Positions 37,630-47,261 of a stretch of 64,000 nt of DNA are shown here, one piece after another. Position 1 is the stretch's first letter, and each line of letters opens with the position of its first letter. A program made the translations under genes and the position numbers. The DNA is from a bacterium. GTDB lineage: Bacteria > Bacillota > Clostridia > Lachnospirales > Lachnospiraceae. The notes beneath the pieces are model-generated. The model did not search any database, had not been told where the DNA came from, and saw only the letters and a program-made list of their open reading frames with translations. Location of the stretch: NCBI GenBank assembly GCA_963595255.1, contig CAVBHX010000003.1, forward strand, positions 20,944 through 84,943, given 5' to 3'.

Positions 37630-38308
37630 CCTTATAGCCCACTCCCCACACAGTCTTGATAAAATCAGACTTGCCTGTCGGTGCACTCATCTTCTCGCGG
37701 AGATGACGGATATGCACCATCACCGTGTTGTTACTGTTCTTATAATATTTCTCGTGCCATACTTTCTCGAACAATTCTTCTGAGCTTATAACCTTTCCCC
37801 GGTTCTCACACAGAAGCCATAGGATGTTGAATTCGATCGGTGTCAGTGTCAGCGGCACTTCATTGTATACACACTCATGAGAAGTCCGGTTCAGAAGCAG
37901 CCCTCCGAAGTCCAGGACATCTCCTTCTTCTTTGGTTCCTTCATTATACTGTGTATACCGGCGAAGCTGTGCTTTCACCCTCGCCACCAGCTCCAGTGGG
38001 TTGAACGGTTTCGGAATATAATCATCCGCTCCCAGCGTAAGCCCGGTGATCTTATCCATGTATTCTGTCTTCGCCGTCAGCATGATCACCGGAAATGTAT
38101 ATTTCTGCCGGATCTGCTTGAGGATCTGGAATCCGTCAATATCCGGAAGCATAATATCCAGGATCGCAAGATCGATCTTCGTACTGTTAATACAGTCCAG
38201 TGCATCCTGGCCGTTGTAAAATTTGAATACTTTGTATTGGTCATTCTGGAGATAAAGCTCTACTACATCAGCGATTTCCTTTTCGTCATCTACTACTAAT
38301 ATATTCAT
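37619..38308 (-). CDS. OmpR-family response regulator (VanR-like)
   Basis: MNILVVDDE receiver domain and a winged-helix C-terminus (VWGVGYK). The ATG at 38308 is preceded by GGAGGG. Confidence 0.9.
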   Translation of the reverse strand: MNILVVDDEKEIADVVELYLQNDQYKVFKFYNGQDALDCINSTKIDLAILDIMLPDIDGFQILKQIRQKYTFPVIMLTAKTEYMDKITGLTLGADDYIPKPFNPLELVARVKAQLRRYTQYNEGTKEEGDVLDFGGLLLNRTSHECVYNEVPLTLTPIEFNILWLLCENRGKVISSEELFEKVWHEKYYKNSNNTVMVHIRHLREKMSAPTGKSDFIKTVWGVGYKVEE

Positions 38309-38412
38309 ACTGCCCTCCATTCTATATGGGGACGGCGGATTTTTATAAATCCCCCGTCCCCATATACGCTTTATATACGTTTTTCACGTGTTGTTATCCA
38401 CATGATCCTCTA

Positions 38413-39804
38413 TTACAGTTCACAGTTGTTGACAGTTCTTGGGAATGGAATTACGTCACGGATATTGCCCATTCCTGTCAGGTACATCACGCATCTTTCG
38501 AATCCAAGTCCGAATCCGGCATGTCTGGTAGAACCATATTTACGAAGATCCATGTAGAACTTGTAGTCTTCTTCTTTCAGTCCCAGTTCATCCATTCTTG
38601 CTTTCAGCTTATCGTAGTCATCCTCTCTCTGGCTTCCTCCGATGATCTCACCGATTCCAGGTACCAGACAGTCTACTGCCGCAACGGTCTTGCCATCGTC
38701 GTTCAGCTTCATGTAGAATGCTTTGATCTCCTTCGGATAATCTGTTACGAATACCGGACGTTTGAAGACTTCTTCTGTCAGGTATCTTTCGTGCTCTGTC
38801 TGAAGGTCTGTTCCCCATGTTACTTTGTATTCGAATTTGTCGTTGTGTTTTTCAAGAAGTTCTACCGCTTCTGTGTATGTCACTCTTGCGAAATCAGAAG
38901 ATACTACGTTGTGCAGTCTCTCCAGAAGTCCTTTGTCTACGAATGAATTGAAGAAGTTCATCTCTTCCGGTGCATTCTCAAGAACATAGTTGATAACATA
39001 TTTTAACATTGCTTCTGCAACGAACATATCGTCATCCAGATCTGCGAATGCCATCTCAGGCTCGATCATCCAGAACTCTGCTGCATGACGTGTTGTATTA
39101 GAGTTCTCTGCACGGAATGTCGGTCCGAATGTATAAATGTTGCGGAATGCCTGTGCGTAAGTCTCACCATTTAACTGTCCGCTTACAGTAAGGCTTGTCT
39201 CTTTTCCGAAGAAATCTTTGGAATAATCTACGCTTCCGTCTTCATTCTTCGGTACGTTATTCAGATCCATGGTTGTTACCTGGAACATCTCTCCTGCACC
39301 CTCACAGTCGCTTCCTGTGATCAGTGGTGTATGCACATATACGAATCCTCTCTCCTGGAAGAACTTGTGGATCGCATATGCTGTCAGGGAACGTACACGG
39401 AATACTGCCTGGAATGTATTTGTTCTAGGTCTTAAATGTGCAATTGTTCTCAGATATTCAAAGCTGTGACGCTTCTTCTGAAGCGGATAATCCGGTGCGG
39501 ATGCACCCTCTACTTCTACCGTATCTGCCTGGATCTCAAATGGCTGCTTTGCCTGCGGTGTTGCTACCAGTGTACCTGTAACGATCACTGCAGCACCTAC
39601 ATTTAACTTGGAGACCTCTGCAAAGTTGTCCATCTTGTCGTGGTATACAACCTGTAAAGGCTCGAAGAATGTTCCGTCATTTACCACGATGAATCCAAAT
39701 GCCTTGGATCCGCGGATACTTCTTACCCATCCACCGATGGTTACTTTCTGATCCATGTATGAATCGCTGTTTTTATATAATTCTCTGATTGTTGTCAATT
39801 CCAT
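38413..39804 (-). CDS. asnS: asparagine--tRNA ligase
   Basis: 463 aa class IIb aaRS. OB-fold N-terminus and motif 3 GFGLGFERC. Confidence 0.93.
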   Translation of the reverse strand: MELTTIRELYKNSDSYMDQKVTIGGWVRSIRGSKAFGFIVVNDGTFFEPLQVVYHDKMDNFAEVSKLNVGAAVIVTGTLVATPQAKQPFEIQADTVEVEGASAPDYPLQKKRHSFEYLRTIAHLRPRTNTFQAVFRVRSLTAYAIHKFFQERGFVYVHTPLITGSDCEGAGEMFQVTTMDLNNVPKNEDGSVDYSKDFFGKETSLTVSGQLNGETYAQAFRNIYTFGPTFRAENSNTTRHAAEFWMIEPEMAFADLDDDMFVAEAMLKYVINYVLENAPEEMNFFNSFVDKGLLERLHNVVSSDFARVTYTEAVELLEKHNDKFEYKVTWGTDLQTEHERYLTEEVFKRPVFVTDYPKEIKAFYMKLNDDGKTVAAVDCLVPGIGEIIGGSQREDDYDKLKARMDELGLKEEDYKFYMDLRKYGSTRHAGFGLGFERCVMYLTGMGNIRDVIPFPRTVNNCEL

Positions 39805-39964
39805 CCCAATGATTCTCCTTTTTAAAAACTCACATATATTCCTATTATACCATATCGTCCAGATTTATGTTATACTATATTTACTGAATTTACTGTCTTA
39901 CTTATCCGAATTTTTCAGTTAATAAGTCAGATGGAAGAAATATCAAAAGTTAGGAGATCATCAT

Positions 39965-41188
39965 ATGAAGAACTTACTAGTTGCACAGTCCGGCGGACCA
40001 ACTTCTGCGATCAACGCAACTCTTGCCGGAGTAATTGAGAACGCTCTTTCCAGCCCATCCGTAGACAAAATCTATGGATCAGTCAATGGAATCCAGGGAG
40101 TATTAAATGAGAACCTGATAGATCTTAAAACCAAGATCACAAATGTATCGGAACTGGACCTTCTTTGTCAGACCCCTGCTTCTGCACTCGGCTCCTGCCG
40201 TGTGAAATTAAAAGATCCTGCCGTATGTGCAGACGAATACGAGACAATCATCTCTGTTCTGCGCAAATACAGCATCGACTGCTTCATCTACATCGGTGGA
40301 AATGATTCCATGGATACAGTAGACAAGCTTTCCAAATATCTGAACGACAAAGGAATCACAGACATTACCGTGGTCGGCGCACCAAAAACCATCGATAATG
40401 ACCTCTGCGGAACGGACCATTGTCCAGGTTTTGGATCTGCTGCAAAATATATCGGAACCACATTTGCCGAACTGGAACGTGACTGCCACGTATACACAAC
40501 CAAGGCCGTAACAATCGTAGAAGTGATGGGCCGTGACGCCGGATGGCTGACTGCAGCTTCCTGCCTCGCCCGTGCAAATGGTGCGAAAGGACCTGACTTT
40601 ATCTATCTCTGCGAAGTACCATTTAGCATTGACACATTCCTGAAAGATGTGAAAGCAAAACTCGAAGAACAGGATGCCGTGATCATCGCTGTCAGCGAAG
40701 GTGTGAAGAACAAAGACGGTCGCTACATTTCCGAAGAAGTACAGAGCTCCGCTGTCGATTCCTTCGGCCACAGCTATATCGCCGGTGCCGCAAAGGTTCT
40801 GGAAGATGCTGTAAGAAATGAGATCGGATGCAAGGTACGTTCTATCGAGCTGAACCTGATGCAGCGCTGCGCCGCACATCTTGCAAGTGCAACCGACATT
40901 CAGGAATCCAGAATGCTCGGAAAGGCTGCCTGCCAGTATGCACTTGAGGGTGCAGGCGGTATGATGGCTGCTGTGATCCGTACTTCTGATAAGCCTTATG
41001 CTACGGAATTTAAAGCACTCCCGGTATGTGATATTGCGAATGCGATCAAGAGTGTGCCTGCAGATTATATTAATGATGCGGGAAATGATGTAACGGAAAA
41101 GATGGTGGATTATCTGACACCGTTGATTCAGGGTGAGATGAATACGGTGTATGAGAATGGGATTCCGAAGTATATTTATTTGTATTAA
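39965..41188 (+). CDS. pfp: 6-phosphofructokinase, predicted PPi-dependent type
   Basis: 407 aa. GGNDSM (Asp at the position equivalent to E. coli Gly104) and GAPKTIDND (Lys at the Gly124 position) are the residue pair associated with PPi rather than ATP use. Confidence 0.8.
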   Translation: MKNLLVAQSGGPTSAINATLAGVIENALSSPSVDKIYGSVNGIQGVLNENLIDLKTKITNVSELDLLCQTPASALGSCRVKLKDPAVCADEYETIISVLRKYSIDCFIYIGGNDSMDTVDKLSKYLNDKGITDITVVGAPKTIDNDLCGTDHCPGFGSAAKYIGTTFAELERDCHVYTTKAVTIVEVMGRDAGWLTAASCLARANGAKGPDFIYLCEVPFSIDTFLKDVKAKLEEQDAVIIAVSEGVKNKDGRYISEEVQSSAVDSFGHSYIAGAAKVLEDAVRNEIGCKVRSIELNLMQRCAAHLASATDIQESRMLGKAACQYALEGAGGMMAAVIRTSDKPYATEFKALPVCDIANAIKSVPADYINDAGNDVTEKMVDYLTPLIQGEMNTVYENGIPKYIYLY

Positions 41189-41258
41189 GTTGCTGTTGAA
41201 TGCATGAAGCGACGGCTGCCCGGGCCTCCATACTGGCAACAGGAAGGAGGTGAATTAC

Positions 41259-41345
41259 ATGGATTTTTTCGCTTCTCTTATCGTCACTATTATGGGTGGT
41301 GTAATTTGCCATTACATCATCAAATGGCTGGATGGTGATATGTAG
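41259..41345 (+). CDS. 28-aa hydrophobic peptide, Fst/PepA1-like type I toxin candidate
   Basis: Not in the ORF track. MDFFASLIVTIMGGVICHYIIKWLDGDM follows a strong RBS (AGGAAGGAGG, 8 nt spacing). The helix plus WL-charged-tail pattern resembles PepA1 (...IAPVISGCAIAFFSYWLSRR). CCTCC at 41225..41229 could pair with the SD at 41246..41250. Confidence 0.4.
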   Translation: MDFFASLIVTIMGGVICHYIIKWLDGDM

Positions 41346-41393
41346 TCAGTAATGAGCCTGTGGATTTAAGCCCACCACTAAAAAAGGGAATAG

Positions 41394-41424
41394 AAAACCC
41401 CAGAGTTGCCGCTCTGGGGTTTTT
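41394..41424. terminator. bidirectional terminator
   Basis: AAAACCCCAGAG-TTGCCG-CTCTGGGGTTTTT. Confidence 0.75.
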
Positions 41425-41659
41425 GGTGTTAATAGTCAAATTACATGGACTATTCACTTCTCTTTGCCTATCGGCATTATATCATATGCACTTTAACAAT
41501 ACAATATGCAAATTTAATAGAAAGCACGAATAAAATAGGGATAGCCTTGCTTTTCTTACCTTTCCATGCTATACTATCACCCGTCACAAAGCCCACAAAA
41601 CCAAGGTCGAACAGGGCTGACCGCCGCTTTCCGGCGTTAAATGAAGATCCGCTACGGCG

Positions 41660-41703
41660 CGTGTGTTCGTGACCTTCCACACGTAAAACAAAACTAAAGG
41701 AGA
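41660..41703 (+). promoter_or_regulatory. preQ1-I riboswitch
   Basis: CGUGUG-UUCGUGACCUUC-CACACG followed by UAAAACAAAACUAAAGGAG. This gives a P1 stem and an A-rich tail ending in the SD, as in the B. subtilis and T. tengcongensis preQ1-I aptamers. It lies directly upstream of queT. Promoter TTGCTT-17-(TGC)TATACT lies at about 41545..41575. Confidence 0.8.
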
Positions 41704-41711
41704 ATTGAAAA

Positions 41712-42200
41712 ATGAAAAACAAAAATCTTAGTTTCATGACCCAGGCAGCCATGATCGCTGCGATCTATGTGGTGCTGACTTACATCTTTGCACCATTTTC
41801 TTTCGGAGAAGTACAGGTTCGTATCTCCGAGGCACTCACTATTTTACCAGTATTTACACCAGCCGCTATTCCGGGACTCTTTGTCGGCTGTCTGATCGGT
41901 AATATTCTGGGCGGTGCGATCCTTCCGGATATTGTATTTGGCAGTATCGCAACTCTGATCGGTGCATTTTTCACATGGAAACTGCGTGAGCAGAAGCCGG
42001 TTGTCGCAACACTTCCACCGATCATTTCGAATATCATCATCGTTCCGTTCGTACTGCGTTACGGATATGGGGTGACACTTCCGATTCCGTTTATGATGCT
42101 GACAGTCGGAATTGGTGAGGTGATTTCCTGCACCGTTCTTGGTCTGATCGTGTATGGGGCATTGAAGAAATATAAAGGAACACTTTTCCGTACAGCATAA
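41712..42200 (+). CDS. queT: queuosine precursor transporter QueT
   Basis: 162 aa. VQVRISEALTILP.FTPAAIPGLFVGCLIGNILGG is typical of QueT, and the gene has a preQ1 riboswitch upstream. Confidence 0.85.
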   Translation: MKNKNLSFMTQAAMIAAIYVVLTYIFAPFSFGEVQVRISEALTILPVFTPAAIPGLFVGCLIGNILGGAILPDIVFGSIATLIGAFFTWKLREQKPVVATLPPIISNIIIVPFVLRYGYGVTLPIPFMMLTVGIGEVISCTVLGLIVYGALKKYKGTLFRTA

Positions 42201-42281
42201 TTTGTGATATGGAATCTGCGTCCTGTAAGGACTGTTGCCAATGGTTCCTTGGAAACAAAAATAGAATTAAAAAACAAACTC

Positions 42282-42329
42282 AAAAAAGAGAAGCAAGATA
42301 TCATTTACCAACGTCTTGCTTCTCTTTTC
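42282..42329. terminator. bidirectional terminator between queT and ridA
   Basis: AAAAAAGAGAAGCAAGA-loop-TCTTGCTTCTCTTTT. Confidence 0.75.
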
Positions 42330-42365
42330 CTGTTTCCAGCTTCTTTCTCTTTTTATTCTTTTCCC

Positions 42366-42749
42366 TTAATCCTCTTTATAAGCAATGGCCTCTATCTCAA
42401 CACTCGCTCCTTTTGGAAGATTCGCCACCTCAAAAGCACTGCGTGCCGGGCACTCTGAACTGAAGTATTCTTTATATACCTCATTCATTGCTCCAAAATC
42501 TTTGATGTCTGCAAGCAGAACAGTTGTCTTAACTACACTGTCCATGCCAAGTCCGCACTCCTTCAGAATTGCTTTCATATTTTCCAGCGACTGCTTCGTC
42601 TGTGCTTCAATCGTCTCCCCGGCGAATGCTCCTGTAGCCGGGTCAATTGGAAGCTGTCCGGATACATAGATCATATTTCCGGCCTGAATTGCCTGTGAAT
42701 ATGGTCCGATCGCTGCCGGTGCGTTATTTGTTGTAATCTGTTTTTTATT
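42366..42749 (-). CDS. ridA: RidA family reactive-intermediate deaminase (start codon unclear)
   Basis: The ATG ORF (42366..42674) begins at MIYVSGQLP. The in-frame upstream 25 codons read NKKQITTNNAPAAIGPYSQAIQAGN, the conserved RidA N-terminus. They begin right after a TAG, have a GGAGAGGAG RBS upstream and contain no ATG, GTG or TTG. Confidence 0.7.
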   Translation of the reverse strand, partial: NKKQITTNNAPAAIGPYSQAIQAGNMIYVSGQLPIDPATGAFAGETIEAQTKQSLENMKAILKECGLGMDSVVKTTVLLADIKDFGAMNEVYKEYFSSECPARSAFEVANLPKGASVEIEAIAYKED

Positions 42750-42814
42750 CTATCTTATCTCCTCTCCGTATTCCGGCAGAACCGGAATACGCACTGTCAT
42801 TTTCATTAATCAAT

Positions 42815-44167
42815 TTATTGTTCCATAGATTCAATATTGTCTGCAAGGTCATTCGGGATCTCGATATGTTTTACCTTCTCGATTACAAATGCTGCGATAA
42901 TAACGATAACAATATAGCCGATTGAGAATGCTACTCCGATCGGTGTCAGGTCAGAGATCAGAAGTGTTGCCTGAACGATCATAATGCAGAATGTAACTAC
43001 CGCAAATGCAGGAATATATTTCTTTGGTAACTTGAATCTTGATTTCTCATATGCTTCCGGATATTTCTTAACCAGGAAGAGTGAACTCAGTGGAACAAGT
43101 GCCTCAAAGATTGCGCCCATTCCAGTTCCCATTACGGAAATTGTCTCTAATGAGAGGTTTAACAGGATTGGAACGACTGCTACGATATAGAATAATGTAA
43201 CGATATAAGCAGGTGTTCCATATTTATTAACGGTTGCAAGCTTTTTCGGGAACCATCCGTCTTCGCTTGCGATCATGATTGGTTTTGCGATCCATGCAAA
43301 GGTAGCATTCAGGGTAGTTGCCGTTGCGCCGAGTGCTCCGCCTAACATGAATACATAGAATAATGGTCTTGGTAAAACTTCATTTGCAACTGCTGTAAGT
43401 GATTCATTTGCAACGGATTCCCATGGCAGGATACCGGAAGCTACAAGCGCGATTACCGCATATACGACACCTACCAGAAGTGTACTTCCAATCATTGCAA
43501 CCGGAAGATCTTTGGCCGGATCTTTTACTTCTCCGCCAAGCTCCGCAAGTGATAATGCACCACCTGTTGAGAATGTTAATAATGCTGCTGCCGTAAAGAA
43601 TGAACGTGGTCCGTTCGGGAATAAGTTTGATGGATCAAATACATAGCTGTAATTAACACGTACTACACCGAACACGATCAGTGATCCAAGACCGATGATC
43701 AATGCTGCTACCATAACTTTCTGAACAATTGCCGCACTCTTGGTTCCAAACATATTTGTTACATACACGATCGTAACGATGATCAGAGCAACAACTTTGA
43801 TGTTCACACTTGGTACCAGATCCTGGAAATATGTAGCGAATGTAATTGCATACATAGAAACTGTGATCTGCACGATAATGTACATCATAACCTGGATAAA
43901 TCCAACCTTTGGTCCGATCAGACGACTTGGATAACGGTAGCTTCCTCCTGTTGTCGGACACGCTGCTGCCAGCTGTGCATCCGGCAGTAATGATACCGAA
44001 GATATTACAGCCGCAAGGACAAAGGCAAATACAACACCGGTTCCTGTCATTCCAATTCCCACACCACAAAGTGACATAATACCAGCACCAATGATCTGTC
44101 CGATTCCGATACTGAAAAGATCAGTTCTGGTAAGCGTCTTTTTTAACTTTTTCTCTTGATTATCCAT
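42815..44167 (-). CDS. APC-family amino acid permease
   Basis: 450 aa with about 12 TM helices and an APC-like N-terminus (LFSIGIGQIIGAGIMSL). Confidence 0.85.
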   Translation of the reverse strand: MDNQEKKLKKTLTRTDLFSIGIGQIIGAGIMSLCGVGIGMTGTGVVFAFVLAAVISSVSLLPDAQLAAACPTTGGSYRYPSRLIGPKVGFIQVMMYIIVQITVSMYAITFATYFQDLVPSVNIKVVALIIVTIVYVTNMFGTKSAAIVQKVMVAALIIGLGSLIVFGVVRVNYSYVFDPSNLFPNGPRSFFTAAALLTFSTGGALSLAELGGEVKDPAKDLPVAMIGSTLLVGVVYAVIALVASGILPWESVANESLTAVANEVLPRPLFYVFMLGGALGATATTLNATFAWIAKPIMIASEDGWFPKKLATVNKYGTPAYIVTLFYIVAVVPILLNLSLETISVMGTGMGAIFEALVPLSSLFLVKKYPEAYEKSRFKLPKKYIPAFAVVTFCIMIVQATLLISDLTPIGVAFSIGYIVIVIIAAFVIEKVKHIEIPNDLADNIESMEQ

Positions 44168-44185
44168 AACTATATTCTCCTCATA

Positions 44186-45361
44186 TTACGCTAACTCTTT
44201 GAATACCTTTTTGAAACGCTCCAGAGCATCTGTAAGGACACTCTCCGGACAAGCCAGATTGATTCTTTCAAATCCTTCTCCTGTTTCTCCGAACACATAA
44301 CCATGATCCAGGAATAACCATGCTTCGTCTACTAATTTTCTCTCTAATTCCTTACCGGTAAGTCCAAAACATTTGCAGTCGAACCAGCAGAGATATGTTC
44401 CTTCCAGGTCAAATACTTTTACCTTCGGGAAGTTCTTATTCATAAATTCTTTGAACACTTTATAATTGCTCTCTACCGTAGCGATCATCTGATCCAGCCA
44501 TGCTTCTCCCTTGGCATAACCTGCAGTACATGCTGCATAACCGAAAAAGTTGTTATAATCGGTTGCACTGTGAAGGCATGTATATTTATATTTTTCCATC
44601 ATTTCCGGATTCTGGATTATGATATTTGCAAGGTTTAATCCGGCAAGGTTGAATGTCTTACTTGGTGATGTACATACAACCAGTCTTTCATTTAATTTTT
44701 CACTGACCGTTCCCATTGCCACATGTTTGTACTCCGGCATGATAATGTCAAAATGAATCTCATCTGCTACAACGATCAGATCGTTTTCAATACAGATTTC
44801 TGCAAAACGTTCCAATTCTTCTCTTGTCCATACACGTCCAACCGGGTTATGCGGGCTGCAGAAAAGCACCATTTTCGCATCTTTTGCTTTTTCTGCGAAG
44901 TCTTCATAGTCCATTTCGTAGTGTCCGTCCACAAGTTTTAACGGGCTTTCTACCAGTTCTCTTCCGGTATCTCTGATCGCATCAAAGAATGGATAATAAA
45001 CAGGTGTCTGGATGATCACCTTGTCTCCTTCTTCACTGTACGATTTGATACAGTTGTATAATGCAAGGATGACGCCCCATGTCTGCTCTACCCATTCTGG
45101 TTTTACTTCCCAGTCATGACGGTTTTTCATCCAGTTGACCAGTGCATCCATGAATCCCGGTGGATTATATGTATATCCGAACACACCTGTATCTGCCGCA
45201 TCCTTAATTCCCTGAACGATCTCCGGACACGCCTTGAATTCCATATCTGCTACCGAAAGCGGTACAACCTCTGGTCTGAACCCTGTGCTTGTTACGGATT
45301 CCTCCCATTTCATAGCACCGGTATTTTTTCTGGATACTACTGTTTGAAAATCATACTTCAT
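44186..45361 (-). CDS. patB: PatB/MalY-type PLP-dependent C-S lyase (cystathionine beta-lyase)
   Basis: 391 aa. N-terminus DFQTVVSRKNTGAMKWE and PLP-lysine context SPSKTFNLAG. Confidence 0.88.
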   Translation of the reverse strand: MKYDFQTVVSRKNTGAMKWEESVTSTGFRPEVVPLSVADMEFKACPEIVQGIKDAADTGVFGYTYNPPGFMDALVNWMKNRHDWEVKPEWVEQTWGVILALYNCIKSYSEEGDKVIIQTPVYYPFFDAIRDTGRELVESPLKLVDGHYEMDYEDFAEKAKDAKMVLFCSPHNPVGRVWTREELERFAEICIENDLIVVADEIHFDIIMPEYKHVAMGTVSEKLNERLVVCTSPSKTFNLAGLNLANIIIQNPEMMEKYKYTCLHSATDYNNFFGYAACTAGYAKGEAWLDQMIATVESNYKVFKEFMNKNFPKVKVFDLEGTYLCWFDCKCFGLTGKELERKLVDEAWLFLDHGYVFGETGEGFERINLACPESVLTDALERFKKVFKELA

Positions 45362-45564
45362 TACTGATTTACCTCCTCGTTTCTTACTTCCTGCCCTTAT
45401 TGTACAAATCCTGTGTATAGTTTAAAACGTACAAAACGAGTGAAGCCATTTCCTTTTTTTCGTACAATTTGACCTGTATATTCATTGGAATTTTGTCTAT
45501 ATCTGTCGTATCATTATTATATCGACATATAAATTTTATCATTATTATAGAAAGGATTCATCTT

Positions 45565-47142
45565 ATGAAGTTATCATTACCTGCTATCATTGAACGATTG
45601 AACCAACTGTATCCCATAATTGATTATAATGTTGAAAAAGATGAAAATATCATTCAGAGTATTCTCTTTGCCAATCCGGACTTTTCCGGAAAGCACTGTG
45701 TCCTGCATGTCTGTACTGCAGACTCTGAACAGATTTTCTTTCCTCAGGTACCGGACAGTGCCCTGCTTTGTATCGGCGAACTTCCTGCTTCCTTTAAAGA
45801 GGAACCTATCAACTATATCTGTCTTGCCGGATCTGCCGATCCACAGGATGTATATAATACCCTCTCTCTTACATTAGAAGAGCTGCGCTGCTGGGAAGAT
45901 CATATCTATGATCTGTTCATTGCCGGGAAATCTCTGCAGGAGATTTTCGAAGCTTCCACAGAATATACGAACAATCCAATCTATCTTCATGATGCGAACT
46001 ACCGGATACTTGCATACGCCGAACGAAAATCAAATCCCGCAGTGCAAAAATCCTATCCCTGGCTTCGGGACGGAAAAATGCCTCCGGAGGCTGTGATCGG
46101 GCTTTTAAAATCTCCGAAATTCGAAGAAACTTTTTCTACGACCCACGCCACCTACTGGGAAAAAACTGCCATTTATCCGGATGAATACAACTATATATAT
46201 TGTAATATCAAGGTCAACGACAAATTTATGGGGCGTATCTTTATGGATGAACGTAACCGTCCCTTTCGCCAGATTGACTATGTAATCGTTGATAAACTGG
46301 CGGAAATTGTCACAAAGCTGTGTCAGACCAAAAAGCTGGCAACCGATTATCATCTGGATTATATTGCAGATTCTTTCTGTTCGTTACTGGACAATGAACT
46401 GAAAAATCAGAATGATTTCATTGCCTCTTTATCAGAAATCGGCTGGAATCCGTCTGACCACTATATCTGTATCACTATTCCATTGTCGAAGTCTGATTTC
46501 CGCCGCCACATTGCCGGAAGTGTATTAAATATGGTAGAGCAGGCATTTACACACTGTTATACCATCGAATATAAGAAAAATATTGTTGCAATTTTAAATA
46601 CCGAAGGTACGACGGATTATGACCGTCCTTATCTTTGTATGCAGCTTTTCCCTGTCATCCGGGATTTCCACTTGCATGCTTTTGTCAGCAATGAATTTAC
46701 CGATATCCTGGAACTGCCTGAGCATTACAAACTGAACTCTCATTATCAGACAAAACTGGAACAACAGGCAGAGGATCTGGGCGAACCGAATATTTACTTT
46801 TTTGATGATTATCTGATGGATTATATTCTGGATACTCTGGCCGGACAGTGCCCGTCTCATATTCTTTACCCGCAGCCACTGCGCGCTGTCATTGCTTATG
46901 ACCGGGAAAATAATACCGATTATGCCTCTACGCTCAGAGCCTATCTGGAAAATGACTGCAGTCCAGCTGCAGCGAGTCAGGCTTTATTCATACATCGTTC
47001 TACATTCCGGTACCGTTTTGAAAAACTGAACGAAATTGCGGCCATCAATTTCTCCGATCCGGTGATGCGAACACATCTGCTCTTAGCATTCCTTCTTATG
47101 GATATGGATAAACTGGCTGATGCACCAACGGAACTGTCCTGA
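45565..47142 (+). CDS. PucR/CdaR-family transcriptional regulator
   Basis: C-terminal PucR HTH (TLRAYLENDCSPAAASQALFIHRSTFRYRFEKLNEI). The ATG at 45565 has an AAAGGA RBS, and the track ORF starts earlier in AT-rich sequence. Confidence 0.8.
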   Translation: MKLSLPAIIERLNQLYPIIDYNVEKDENIIQSILFANPDFSGKHCVLHVCTADSEQIFFPQVPDSALLCIGELPASFKEEPINYICLAGSADPQDVYNTLSLTLEELRCWEDHIYDLFIAGKSLQEIFEASTEYTNNPIYLHDANYRILAYAERKSNPAVQKSYPWLRDGKMPPEAVIGLLKSPKFEETFSTTHATYWEKTAIYPDEYNYIYCNIKVNDKFMGRIFMDERNRPFRQIDYVIVDKLAEIVTKLCQTKKLATDYHLDYIADSFCSLLDNELKNQNDFIASLSEIGWNPSDHYICITIPLSKSDFRRHIAGSVLNMVEQAFTHCYTIEYKKNIVAILNTEGTTDYDRPYLCMQLFPVIRDFHLHAFVSNEFTDILELPEHYKLNSHYQTKLEQQAEDLGEPNIYFFDDYLMDYILDTLAGQCPSHILYPQPLRAVIAYDRENNTDYASTLRAYLENDCSPAAASQALFIHRSTFRYRFEKLNEIAAINFSDPVMRTHLLLAFLLMDMDKLADAPTELS

Positions 47143-47261
47143 TTTTGCATTTTGTAGGAAAATGGATCTTATTTTGCTACTGTTTGTATCTGTCAAAAAC
47201 AGAGTCTTTGGTGATACCATGATTGCATAAAGTAATACGAACCTCAAAGGAGTATAAGATT

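Noticed and set aside
40208-41239. A 343-aa ORF on the minus strand, fully antisense to the phosphofructokinase gene.
   Set aside because: It is a shadow ORF of a well-supported CDS. Its composition is low-complexity (rich in Ile, Phe, Cys and His), it has no RBS and no recognisable motifs. The same applies to 725..1516, 18660..19460, 50266..50856, 51559..52068 and 59063..60016.
41575-41659. A possible second (tandem) preQ1 aptamer in the queT leader (GCCCACAAAACCAAGG resembles a preQ1-I tail).
   Set aside because: No 5' P1 partner (GGGC) exists between the predicted transcription start and this segment. Only the 41660..41703 element has a complete P1 plus loop plus tail.
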